A DNA stretch of 32,000 nt, taken from contig CAYZRF010000019.1 in assembly GCA_964480775.1 (NCBI GenBank), positions 3,381-35,380 on the forward strand, read 5' to 3'. This document shows positions 25,175-32,000 of this stretch, piece by piece. Source of the stretch: an uncultured Nitrososphaerota archaeon (GTDB taxonomy: Archaea > Korarchaeota > Korarchaeia > Korarchaeales > Korarchaeaceae). Position 1 is the stretch's first letter. Every line of letters begins with the position of its first letter. The notes beneath the pieces are model-generated. The model was not told where the DNA came from, searched no databases, and was given only the letters and a program-made list of their open reading frames with translations. The translations under genes and the position numbers were made by a program.

Positions 25175-26830
25175 ATGAGCCTAGCGACTATTGGAGGAAA
25201 ACCAGTCCTTATTCTCAAGGAAGGAACCTCTAGGACTAGAGGAGATGAAGCTAGAAGAATCAACATAATGGCAGCCAAGGCTGTTGCCGATACAGTCAAG
25301 AGCACCCTAGGACCTAGGGGCATGGACAAGATCATAGTAGACTCCCTTGGGGATGTAACTGTTAGCAACGACGGTGCAGCCATTTTAGAGGAGCTCGAAG
25401 TGGTGCATCCGGCTGCAAAGTTGATGGTTAACTTAGCGAAAGGTCAGGACAAAGAGGTCGGAGATGGAACCACAACAAGCGTTATACTTGCTGGAGAACT
25501 TCTCTCAGAAGCAGAAAACCTTCTTGACAAGGACATACATCCAACTATTGTTATAGAGGGCTTCCAAAAGGCTCTAAAGAAGGCACAAGAAGAGCTAGAT
25601 AAAATAGCAATAGATGTGGATCCTAACGATGAAGAACTGTTGAAAAAGGTAGCCATGACAGCAATGGGAAGTAAACTCATAAAAGGAGGAGGAGAACGCC
25701 TTGCAGAAGTTGTTGTGAAAGCAGTTAAGGCAGTATCTGAAGAGAGAGATGGAAAAATCGTTGCCGACATTGATGATATAAAGATAATGAAGAAGAAGGG
25801 CAAGAGCTTAGCGGAGAGTGAGTTCATAAGAGGAATAATCCTAGATAAAGAAGTAGTTCATACAGATATGCCAAAACGCGTTAAAGATGCTAAAATAGCC
25901 CTGATTAACCTCTCTCTAGAGGTAAAGAAACCAGAAATAGATGTAGAAGTTCAGATATCTACTCCAGAGGAACTAAGAGGTTTCATAGAGCAAGAGACTG
26001 AGATGCTTAGGGAAAAGGTTGAGAAGATAGTCTCAACAGGAGCTAACGTAGTTTTCTGCCAAAAGGGGATTGATGAGGTTGCACAACATATCTTAGCCCA
26101 GAAAGGAGTTCTCGCTGTCAGGAGAGTAAGCCAGAAGGACATGGAGAGGCTAGAGAAGGCCACAGGAGGAAGAATCGTAAATCACTTGGATGACTTAACG
26201 GAAGAAGTGTTGGGAAGAGCAGGACTCGTTGAAGAAAGGAAGATAGGGGAGGACAAACTGGTATTCATTGAGGATTGTGTGAATCCTAAAGCGGTAACAA
26301 TCCTTCTCAGAGCTGGCGGTGACACCATCTTGGATGAGGCGGAAAGAGGAATAAAAGACGCCCTATACGTTGTTAGGAATGCTGTAGAAGACAAAAAACT
26401 TGTTTATGGAGGGGGTAGCGTTCAGTTAGAGCTAGCTAGGAAGATAAGAGACTATGCCGTTCAGATCGGAGGGAAAGAACAGCTTGCTATCGAAGCATTT
26501 GCGTCAGCCCTTGAGAGTATAACTAGAATTCTAGCTGATAACGCAGGTATGGACGCCGTTGATACCTTAATGAAACTCAGAAAGGAGCATGAAGAAGGAA
26601 AGATCTCATATGGGGTTGATGTCCTCGCTGGAGACATAGGAGACATGAAAAACCTTGGGGTTTACGATACCTACAGAGGAGTCAAGAACGCATTGACTGG
26701 AGCTACAGAGACCTCTATTCTAATACTTAGAACTGATGATATAATAGCAGCAAAGCCATACGAGGCCAAAGAGAAGGGTAAAGGGGAAGGAGAAGAAGAG
26801 GAGAAACCATCCTTCGGGGAGGAATTCTAA
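25175..26830 (+). CDS. ths: Thermosome subunit (group II chaperonin)
   Basis: Supporting matches are STLGPRGMDK, GDGTTT, VSTGANVVFCQKGIDEVAQH, GGGSVQLELA and an acidic/Gly-rich C-terminal tail. The protein is 551 aa. Confidence 0.95.
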   Translation: MSLATIGGKPVLILKEGTSRTRGDEARRINIMAAKAVADTVKSTLGPRGMDKIIVDSLGDVTVSNDGAAILEELEVVHPAAKLMVNLAKGQDKEVGDGTTTSVILAGELLSEAENLLDKDIHPTIVIEGFQKALKKAQEELDKIAIDVDPNDEELLKKVAMTAMGSKLIKGGGERLAEVVVKAVKAVSEERDGKIVADIDDIKIMKKKGKSLAESEFIRGIILDKEVVHTDMPKRVKDAKIALINLSLEVKKPEIDVEVQISTPEELRGFIEQETEMLREKVEKIVSTGANVVFCQKGIDEVAQHILAQKGVLAVRRVSQKDMERLEKATGGRIVNHLDDLTEEVLGRAGLVEERKIGEDKLVFIEDCVNPKAVTILLRAGGDTILDEAERGIKDALYVVRNAVEDKKLVYGGGSVQLELARKIRDYAVQIGGKEQLAIEAFASALESITRILADNAGMDAVDTLMKLRKEHEEGKISYGVDVLAGDIGDMKNLGVYDTYRGVKNALTGATETSILILRTDDIIAAKPYEAKEKGKGEGEEEEKPSFGEEF

Positions 26831-26849
26831 ACAAGGAGATGAACTCTTA

Positions 26850-27737
26850 TTGCCCAAACTACTGGACAGGGAAAAGGGAAAAATACTTGGAATCAATGCC
26901 TTTGACCTGTTCGTAATTTTATTAGTCCTTTTTCTTTCTTTTTCTTTAATTTCCAGAGTTATTCGCCCAGGGGAGCAAGTTAAGGAATATTCTGGGTTAA
27001 ATATTCAAAATGCAGCTCTGGAGTTCACAAGATTAAACAACCTCGGCTTCGTCGTGTATGGTCAAATAGACGGAAAGTGGACAATAAATGGCTCTCAATT
27101 CAAAGGTACGGTGTTGTTGGTTGATGCTCTAGAGACGAGACTTATGGGCAGGATAAACGGGAGAAGTGTCACCATAGGAGGACCTAATGCTTATTTAGAG
27201 GACTTAGCTGCAAAAACTATCGTATTTAGAACGGAATCACCTTCCTTAATACGCGTAAATGTCAAGAAACCCATTATGGCTGGAGACTTACAAGAGCTAG
27301 TTGAAAACCTCAGAAATATCTCTACAAGCGTGGCTGGAAGGTATGGTGTAAAAACATTGAAGATTCAAGTTTATACCCTAGTGTTTGACATACCTGGCTT
27401 CAAGGCAACAGCCATGCGGTATTTGGAGATTAGAAGCAAACTACCCGAATACATTCCATATCCTGTACAAAAGATATATGTAGTTGATGATTACATTGGC
27501 TTTTCATTGTATCCAACAGGTTTAGCCATCAGGGATATAGATCTGCTTAAATTAGACCAGATTCTCAATGAACTTGGTCTAAATTACTCTAGGGTAATGG
27601 CAGATCAAATAGAACTTTACATAGGAACTCAGGAGAGTCTAGTTGGAGTTGGAGTCTACGGTGAGATTCTATCCAATGCCAGACCCTTAAGTGACATAAT
27701 AGATACAACGAAACTCACTTTTATTCCAAAGCCCTGA
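26850..27737 (+). CDS. Hypothetical N-terminally anchored protein (single TM, about 255-aa beta-rich ectodomain)
   Basis: The frame is open for 295 codons. The N-terminus EKGKILGINAFDLFVILLVLFLSFSLI is reminiscent of the DUF4330-type N-terminal anchor (from memory, unverified). There is no in-frame ATG before the TM helix, so the start is TTG 26850, 19 nt after the thermosome stop. An AAGGAG lies upstream. Confidence 0.6.
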   Translation: MPKLLDREKGKILGINAFDLFVILLVLFLSFSLISRVIRPGEQVKEYSGLNIQNAALEFTRLNNLGFVVYGQIDGKWTINGSQFKGTVLLVDALETRLMGRINGRSVTIGGPNAYLEDLAAKTIVFRTESPSLIRVNVKKPIMAGDLQELVENLRNISTSVAGRYGVKTLKIQVYTLVFDIPGFKATAMRYLEIRSKLPEYIPYPVQKIYVVDDYIGFSLYPTGLAIRDIDLLKLDQILNELGLNYSRVMADQIELYIGTQESLVGVGVYGEILSNARPLSDIIDTTKLTFIPKP

Positions 27738-28084
27738 GTGATCGGTTTGTTTATCTCCTTTTTGGTGGCCTCTGCCGAAAAAAGTACCTTAGCTAGGGCA
27801 ATTTCTAATTTCTTTAGAGGAACTGGGTGTCTGATAAGAGAGAGTGGAACAGCACTTCTCATTAGAAGTGTGTTTAGTTTCTTAGCCACAGCCTCAAAGA
27901 GATCCGTTCTTTCCAGAGCTATGGTATTGCTATCCAAGATCTTATATCCTTTCTTTAGCATATGGGAGAAATTCCAAGCAATTTCAATGATCAAAAAGAT
28001 TTCCTCTTTTCTCGATGATTCGTACCTTATCGACCAATTGTTGTCACCCATATCCTTTCCTCTAATGGTTCTTGCCTTTTTCAC
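27656..28084 (-). CDS. Hypothetical protein (possible small soluble protein), mutually exclusive with the 5' part of ORF 27738..29105
   Basis: This 142-codon ORF starts at GTG 28084 (alternative ATG 28051). About 70 percent of its codons start with a purine, and its K/E/I-rich composition matches confirmed genes here. The overlapping plus-strand frame is S/F/L/R-rich, like the shadow ORFs in this window. No family was recognised. Confidence 0.35.
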   Translation of the reverse strand: MKKARTIRGKDMGDNNWSIRYESSRKEEIFLIIEIAWNFSHMLKKGYKILDSNTIALERTDLFEAVAKKLNTLLMRSAVPLSLIRHPVPLKKLEIALAKVLFSAEATKKEINKPITQGFGIKVSFVVSIMSLKGLALDRISP

Positions 28085-29105
28085 TGTTGCAGACGTGCTT
28101 TATGGACCAAAAACACTTATTCTTATCTTTTCAGGCATTGCAAGTTTTCTTTTGGGATTCTTCTGGGGATCTTTGGAGTCCAAGGGACTAAATCCAAAAA
28201 TAAATGACCTTAAAATACTTTATTTAGGCTTAATCATGATTATAATAGGTTTTCTCGGATTCTTCTTACAAATTAGAAGAGTAATGGCAATACCAATCCT
28301 AAATGAGGCCGTTAGACGGAGACTATCTCCGAAATATAACTATATGGCATGGACAAGCGTTCCTGGAACATTCTATGTCCTTTCTACCTTTAAAAAAGGA
28401 GAAGGAAAAAGTTTACCGATTAAACTTCTTCTTTTGACGGTTGTCGGGTTTATTCCTACGTTTTTACTCGGTTATAGGACAGAAATGCTTGCCTATTTCA
28501 TAGGCATCCTAACTGTGCTCTACTATAGGAAATACATTTCAAGAGTGGCTCTTCTGTTGTGGGCCGCTTTTGGTTTAGTCATTTATGTTGTTACAAGCGT
28601 GGTTAGGTTAATGTTCGCAGGACTAACAGCTAACCCGTTCTGGGCAGCAGCCTATAGGCCCACAATTACTGCTGGCTTCTTAGAAGGAATTGTGATGAGA
28701 TATGGCTGGTCTCAGGTCACAGGAGGTTTAATACACCTCTCAGGAATTTCTTCTCTATTGAGATTCATTCCAGGACCAAGGTACGGTCCTAGAACCATAA
28801 TAGGAATCTACGCTGGGGGAAGGAGAACTATATCAACTACAGCTACTATTTTTGCCCAATTTTTACTGGATTTTGGTATTAAGGGCGTAATCTTAGCCAT
28901 GATTGCATTAGGTTTCTTTCTTTCAATTGCTTTCAATATGTCTAAGGAGAAAGAGGCCTTACTAGGTCCATATGCAACCCTTCTGTCTTACTCTTTAGTA
29001 GGTATAGAAACAGGGATACTTGACCTAAACGTATATATCTACCTGATTCTAAGCGTGATTATAGTTATTTCGTCTCTTAGAGCCAAAAAGGAGGAAAGAC
29101 CTTGA
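28065..29105 (+). CDS. Polytopic membrane protein (about 11 TM), possibly oligosaccharide repeat-unit polymerase (Wzy)-like; 5' end uncertain (27738 to 28065)
   Basis: The hydrophobic helix pattern is continuous through the ORF. Loops with GYRTEM and GGRRTISTTATIFAQFLLDFGIKG are vaguely reminiscent of Wzy/O-antigen-polymerase-like families (unverified). The full ORF starts at GTG 27738, directly abutting the upstream stop (TGAGTG). The first ATG past the antisense ORF is 28065. Confidence 0.6.
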   Translation: MVLAFFTVADVLYGPKTLILIFSGIASFLLGFFWGSLESKGLNPKINDLKILYLGLIMIIIGFLGFFLQIRRVMAIPILNEAVRRRLSPKYNYMAWTSVPGTFYVLSTFKKGEGKSLPIKLLLLTVVGFIPTFLLGYRTEMLAYFIGILTVLYYRKYISRVALLLWAAFGLVIYVVTSVVRLMFAGLTANPFWAAAYRPTITAGFLEGIVMRYGWSQVTGGLIHLSGISSLLRFIPGPRYGPRTIIGIYAGGRRTISTTATIFAQFLLDFGIKGVILAMIALGFFLSIAFNMSKEKEALLGPYATLLSYSLVGIETGILDLNVYIYLILSVIIVISSLRAKKEERP

Positions 29106-29174
29106 GAACCGATATCAGTCAACCTTTTAAAGGCATAGATTCTTTTGTCTTTTGAAGTCACGGAGGGCCTTAAG

Positions 29175-29576
29175 TTGCCAGTAAACTATCACGGAAAGGT
29201 TCCGCTAAGGGGAAGAACTCTTACAGGTGCTAAAATAAAGAGATTTAGAAAGAAGAGAAAATATGAGATGGGAGGTCCTCCCATCAACACGCGTTTAGGA
29301 CCTAGAAAAATAAAAATAGTAAGAACAAAGGGTGGAGGAAAAAAAGTAAAGCTGCTCTCTGATTTATATGTAAACCTGAATTTAGGCAAGGAGACAAAAC
29401 GTGTACGGCTTTTGAGTATAGTTGAAAATCCAGCTAACAGGTTTTTGACAAGAGATAATATAATTACAAAGGGTTGCATAGTTAAAACGGAATTGGGGTT
29501 GGCTAGAATCACCTCAAGACCTGGACAAGACGGCGTCCTCAACGCTGTTATCATTGAGGAAGGTAGTGCTGGATAG
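29175..29576 (+). CDS. rps8e: 30S ribosomal protein S8e
   Basis: Supporting matches are GRTLTGAKIKRFRKKRKYEMGGPP, KIKIVRTKGGGKKVKLL and NAVIIE. The conserved N-terminus precedes the first ATG. TTG 29175 is preceded by GGAGGG at 7-nt spacing, while the track start TTG 29145 has no SD. Confidence 0.85.
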   Translation: MPVNYHGKVPLRGRTLTGAKIKRFRKKRKYEMGGPPINTRLGPRKIKIVRTKGGGKKVKLLSDLYVNLNLGKETKRVRLLSIVENPANRFLTRDNIITKGCIVKTELGLARITSRPGQDGVLNAVIIEEGSAG

Positions 29577-29591
29577 TCGCTGGCGAAAGAT

Positions 29592-29873
29592 ATGAAACAT
29601 TTTGGACGTATCGTCAAGATGACCAAATCTAGAAATTTCCTCGTAAAATTATACAAGAAAGTCGAGAAAGATCCAAAGGACCTGAAGGTTGTGACAAGGA
29701 AAATGGAGATTGTCGGTGTAGTTAGGGACATAATTGGAAGGGTTGAAAAACCGTACGCTTTAGTAAAAATACTGGTTCCATTGCACATCGCAGAAGATTA
29801 TATAGGAGCAGATACCTATCTTCTCTCGAAAGAGGAAGAAAAGAAGCTTCTTAGGCGCTCAAGCAACGTTTAA
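29592..29873 (+). CDS. gar1: H/ACA ribonucleoprotein component Gar1
   Basis: The protein is 93 aa. MKHFGRIVKMTKSRNFLVKL...VVTRKMEIVGVVRDIIGRVEKPYALVK is colinear with archaeal Gar1 (MKRLGKV...IG.V.DVFGPV..PY..VK). Confidence 0.7.
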   Translation: MKHFGRIVKMTKSRNFLVKLYKKVEKDPKDLKVVTRKMEIVGVVRDIIGRVEKPYALVKILVPLHIAEDYIGADTYLLSKEEEKKLLRRSSNV

Positions 29874-29929
29874 AGGTTTTCCGGTTAGAGTTCTATTTGG
29901 GCTTCTGAAGAAATCTTGGTGAAGTTGAA

Positions 29930-30115
29930 TTGAAGAGCAAGGTGTCAAAGGAACAAAAAGTAGTTAAAAAGCAAGAAACACTCATAGATCCAGAATCTCT
30001 AACCAAACTCCTGAAGCTTCCTTGCATTACTTGTCCAAAAATCGTTAAGTGTGTTGAAAGAAGAGAACTTGCTAACAAATGCCCTAAACTTACATCTTAT
30101 TTGATAGATGACTAA
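29930..30115 (+). CDS. Hypothetical small Lys-rich protein with four cysteines (CxxC-x5-C-x9-CP)
   Basis: This 61-codon ORF has a TTG start (a GTG lies 4 codons in), and GGTGAAG sits just upstream. Its K/E-rich composition resembles real genes here. Its 3' end overlaps the convergent trm1 by 26 nt. No family was recognised. Confidence 0.35.
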   Translation: MKSKVSKEQKVVKKQETLIDPESLTKLLKLPCITCPKIVKCVERRELANKCPKLTSYLIDD

Positions 30116-31289
30116 TTACTTCTCTTAACAAAGAATGAGGAGCATCTGTTTTGATTCCTTTATCATCAATATGCGATCGAACAGCTTTGAATCCTAAGGA
30201 CCTTAGCTCTTTCAACACATAATTTGTAGGCGGAGTTGGAACCTTAAGGATGCTTGATTCCTTCTCTAGTGAGTAGAAGAAAGGTGGTACCCCCGTCTCC
30301 TCAATTAAAGTCTTCAACGTCTTACTTGTCTTCCTAAAGCCAAAGCTTTCATTGGGAACTAACTCTAAGATCTTTTTAGCAACCTCAACATCTAAGAAAT
30401 CGTCTATCCAAATGGGTCCCATTAAAACAGAACTGTTTCCACATTCAGAACAAACAGCTCTTTCCGGAATTTCTGAAATTCCTCTCACAAATTTTCTACT
30501 TCCACATCTGAAACAATGTTCTATCCAACCCATACTTTCCATTAGGAGGCTATTAGCCTCCACGGCTCCTCTCTTTATTGAGAAATAAGCCCTAACATAA
30601 TGTCCAGTCACGTGACTCAGAATAGGTCTTGCAGTCAAATCCTGTTTTCCTGCTTCTCTGACTATGAAGCCAATTAGAACTCTTAATCCAAATTCTTTAC
30701 AATATTCTGTTTTCCTTCCCCAAACCCCATATGCTCTTAAAAGCTTGTCCTTCTTTATCCCGAAGAGGGGAGGTTCATCCGTCGCTGTTACAGCTAAAAC
30801 ACCGCCATTCCTAACGGCCCTTAAGGTTGATGGCAAATATGGAACAGGAGATCCAAAAGGATCTAAATCAACGAACCAATGTCTCTCGCCTTGAACACAC
30901 AATCTCTCTGCAAGAACATTAGCATCCTCACAAAAAACCCTCACTTTTCTTCTAACATCATTAAGCAGAACATTTTTCTGTATGATTGCAGCACATAAAG
31001 GATTGCGATCATTAGCAATAACTCTTGAAACATCTGTTTCTAAAGCAAATCTTAAGGCTCGGACTCCGCTTGCAGCCATTATATCCAAAGCAGTATCCTT
31101 ACCACTCAAAACAAGCCATCTAAGAACTGCAACCGCTATGTCTCGGTTTACGATCATCCTTGGATTATAAAAAACCTCAGCATTAGTATAATCAAGACCA
31201 AGCCTTTCAAGCTTCTCTAAATCGCTTGCATAGAACTTTGCCTTCCCTTCAGCATACAGCTTTAGGTCTATTGAAATCTTTTCATCCAT
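30090..31289 (-). CDS. trm1: tRNA (guanine26-N2)-dimethyltransferase Trm1
   Basis: Supporting matches are VFYNPRMIVNRDIAV, DIMAASGVRALRFALE, VIANDRNP, DLDPFGSP and a Cys cluster (HCFRCG...CSECG). ATG 31289 (MDEKISIDL...) matches archaeal N-termini. The track start 31334 would run through the shared promoter. Confidence 0.85.
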   Translation of the reverse strand: MDEKISIDLKLYAEGKAKFYASDLEKLERLGLDYTNAEVFYNPRMIVNRDIAVAVLRWLVLSGKDTALDIMAASGVRALRFALETDVSRVIANDRNPLCAAIIQKNVLLNDVRRKVRVFCEDANVLAERLCVQGERHWFVDLDPFGSPVPYLPSTLRAVRNGGVLAVTATDEPPLFGIKKDKLLRAYGVWGRKTEYCKEFGLRVLIGFIVREAGKQDLTARPILSHVTGHYVRAYFSIKRGAVEANSLLMESMGWIEHCFRCGSRKFVRGISEIPERAVCSECGNSSVLMGPIWIDDFLDVEVAKKILELVPNESFGFRKTSKTLKTLIEETGVPPFFYSLEKESSILKVPTPPTNYVLKELRSLGFKAVRSHIDDKGIKTDAPHSLLREVISHLSNKM

Positions 31290-31309
31290 TAAGGATTTCT
31301 CTTGCGTCC

Positions 31310-31318
31310 TTTTAAAAA
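31310..31318. promoter_or_regulatory. Near-palindromic TATA element shared by divergent trm1 and rnhB
   Basis: TTTTAAAAA is flanked by CC and GG. It is centred about 25 nt from the trm1 ATG (31289) and about 29 nt from the rnhB ATG (31343), which fits two leaderless transcripts. Confidence 0.3.
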
Positions 31319-31342
31319 GGATTGACCAGCACATAATTGGAG

Positions 31343-32000
31343 ATGGAAAAAGAAATCCCTTCTACTAAGCCAATTCTGAGGGCAGGAATAGACGAAGCTG
31401 GTCGAGGAGCAGTAATTGGACCCTTAGTCATCGCATGCGTTACCATATCTTCCGATAGAGAGCATGAATTGTTGGATCTTGGCGTTAAAGACTCCAAACT
31501 GCTGACTCCAGCGGAGAGAGAACTATTATACAGCCAAATATACTCCCAAGCCTCAAGCATATTGGTGAGAAAAGTCCAACCAACCGAGATAGATCGAGCT
31601 CTTTCAGGAAAAGGACTCAATTACCTTGAAGCACGAATCATGGCTGAATTATTGGAGAAAACAAGTGCATCAGTAGTTTATGTTGATGCTCCTCAATCTA
31701 ACCCAAGAAGCTTTGAGACCTTACTTAGATTCTTATCCGGTTCAAAGGTCGACATAATAGCAGAACCATTTGCAGATAAGAAATACCCTTTGGTTTCAGC
31801 GGCCTCAATTATAGCTAAAGTCGTAAGAGATCAAGAGATAGGGAAGCTAAAGAAGGTTTATGGTGATTTTGGTTCTGGATATCCAAGTGATGAGAAGACG
31901 AGGAGGTTCTTAGCAAGCTTAATATCTTCCAAAAAGATCCCACAACTCGTAAGGAAGTCTTGGCAAACATACCTGAAGATGAATGAGATCAATAGGTCGA
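31343..32000 (+). CDS. rnhB: Ribonuclease HII, 3' end beyond the right window edge
   Basis: The frame is open to the window edge, so it is not in the track. Supporting matches are AGIDEAGRGAVIGPLVIA, KDSKLLTPAERE, VDAPQSN, ADKKYPLVSAASIIAKV and GSGYPSD. Confidence 0.85.
   Translation, partial: MEKEIPSTKPILRAGIDEAGRGAVIGPLVIACVTISSDREHELLDLGVKDSKLLTPAERELLYSQIYSQASSILVRKVQPTEIDRALSGKGLNYLEARIMAELLEKTSASVVYVDAPQSNPRSFETLLRFLSGSKVDIIAEPFADKKYPLVSAASIIAKVVRDQEIGKLKKVYGDFGSGYPSDEKTRRFLASLISSKKIPQLVRKSWQTYLKMNEINRS

Noticed and set aside
29189-29788. A 199-aa minus-strand ORF spans rps8e and gar1.
   Set aside because: It crosses two genes with recognisable conserved products on the other strand. 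Its composition (F/L/S/T-rich) is that of a shadow frame.
31312-31620. A 102-aa minus-strand ORF overlaps the start of rnhB.
   Set aside because: It is antisense to a frame with clear RNase HII motifs (DEAGRG, DSK, GSGYPSD), and it would remove the trm1/rnhB promoter spacer.
1-32000. Search for CRISPR repeats, tandem repeats, IS termini, inteins, frameshifted pseudogenes or rRNA/SRP/RNase P RNAs.
   Set aside because: None was noticed. Intergenic spacers are all under about 140 nt and are explained by promoters, terminators or the two tRNAs. All conserved proteins have normal lengths. Visual scanning cannot exclude short dispersed repeats.

Overview
Densely packed archaeal core-chromosome segment with about 40 genes, very little non-coding DNA, and AT-rich by eye. 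Diagnostic archaeal genes include the thermosome, aEF-1alpha plus S10, an L3-L4-L23-L2-S19 ribosomal block, S8e, Gar1 and Sua5/YrdC plus Kae1. Also present are a two-repeat tRNA-splicing endonuclease, archease, Trm1, DGGGP synthase, PGK plus archaeal-type GAPDH, MTA phosphorylase, DERA, MetAP2 and RNase HII. There are two class-II tRNAs, Leu-UAG and Ser-UGA. The standalone tuf-rps10 and the pgk-gap operon look Thermoproteota/TACK-like, and a C-terminal CxC in MTAP hints at (hyper)thermophily, but lineage cannot be fixed from this window. I saw no CRISPR array, integrase or transposase, toxin-antitoxin pair or recognisable defence gene, and no clear-cut novel multi-gene system. The items most worth a second look are: (1) an EMC6/Rab5ip-like membrane module fused to an unknown 210-aa domain, divergent from (2) a tight operon of an NFACT/Rqc2-type protein with three CBS-only proteins; (3) a single-chain two-repeat EndA with a Lys-rich insertion in its catalytic repeat; (4) a MoxR-VWA pair whose Walker B reads N-E instead of D-E; (5) a thermosome-linked pair of unknown membrane proteins with an unresolved antisense ORF overlap. 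All homology calls come from reading the translations and remembered family motifs, with no searches run. Gene starts are often non-ATG and uncertain by a few codons.
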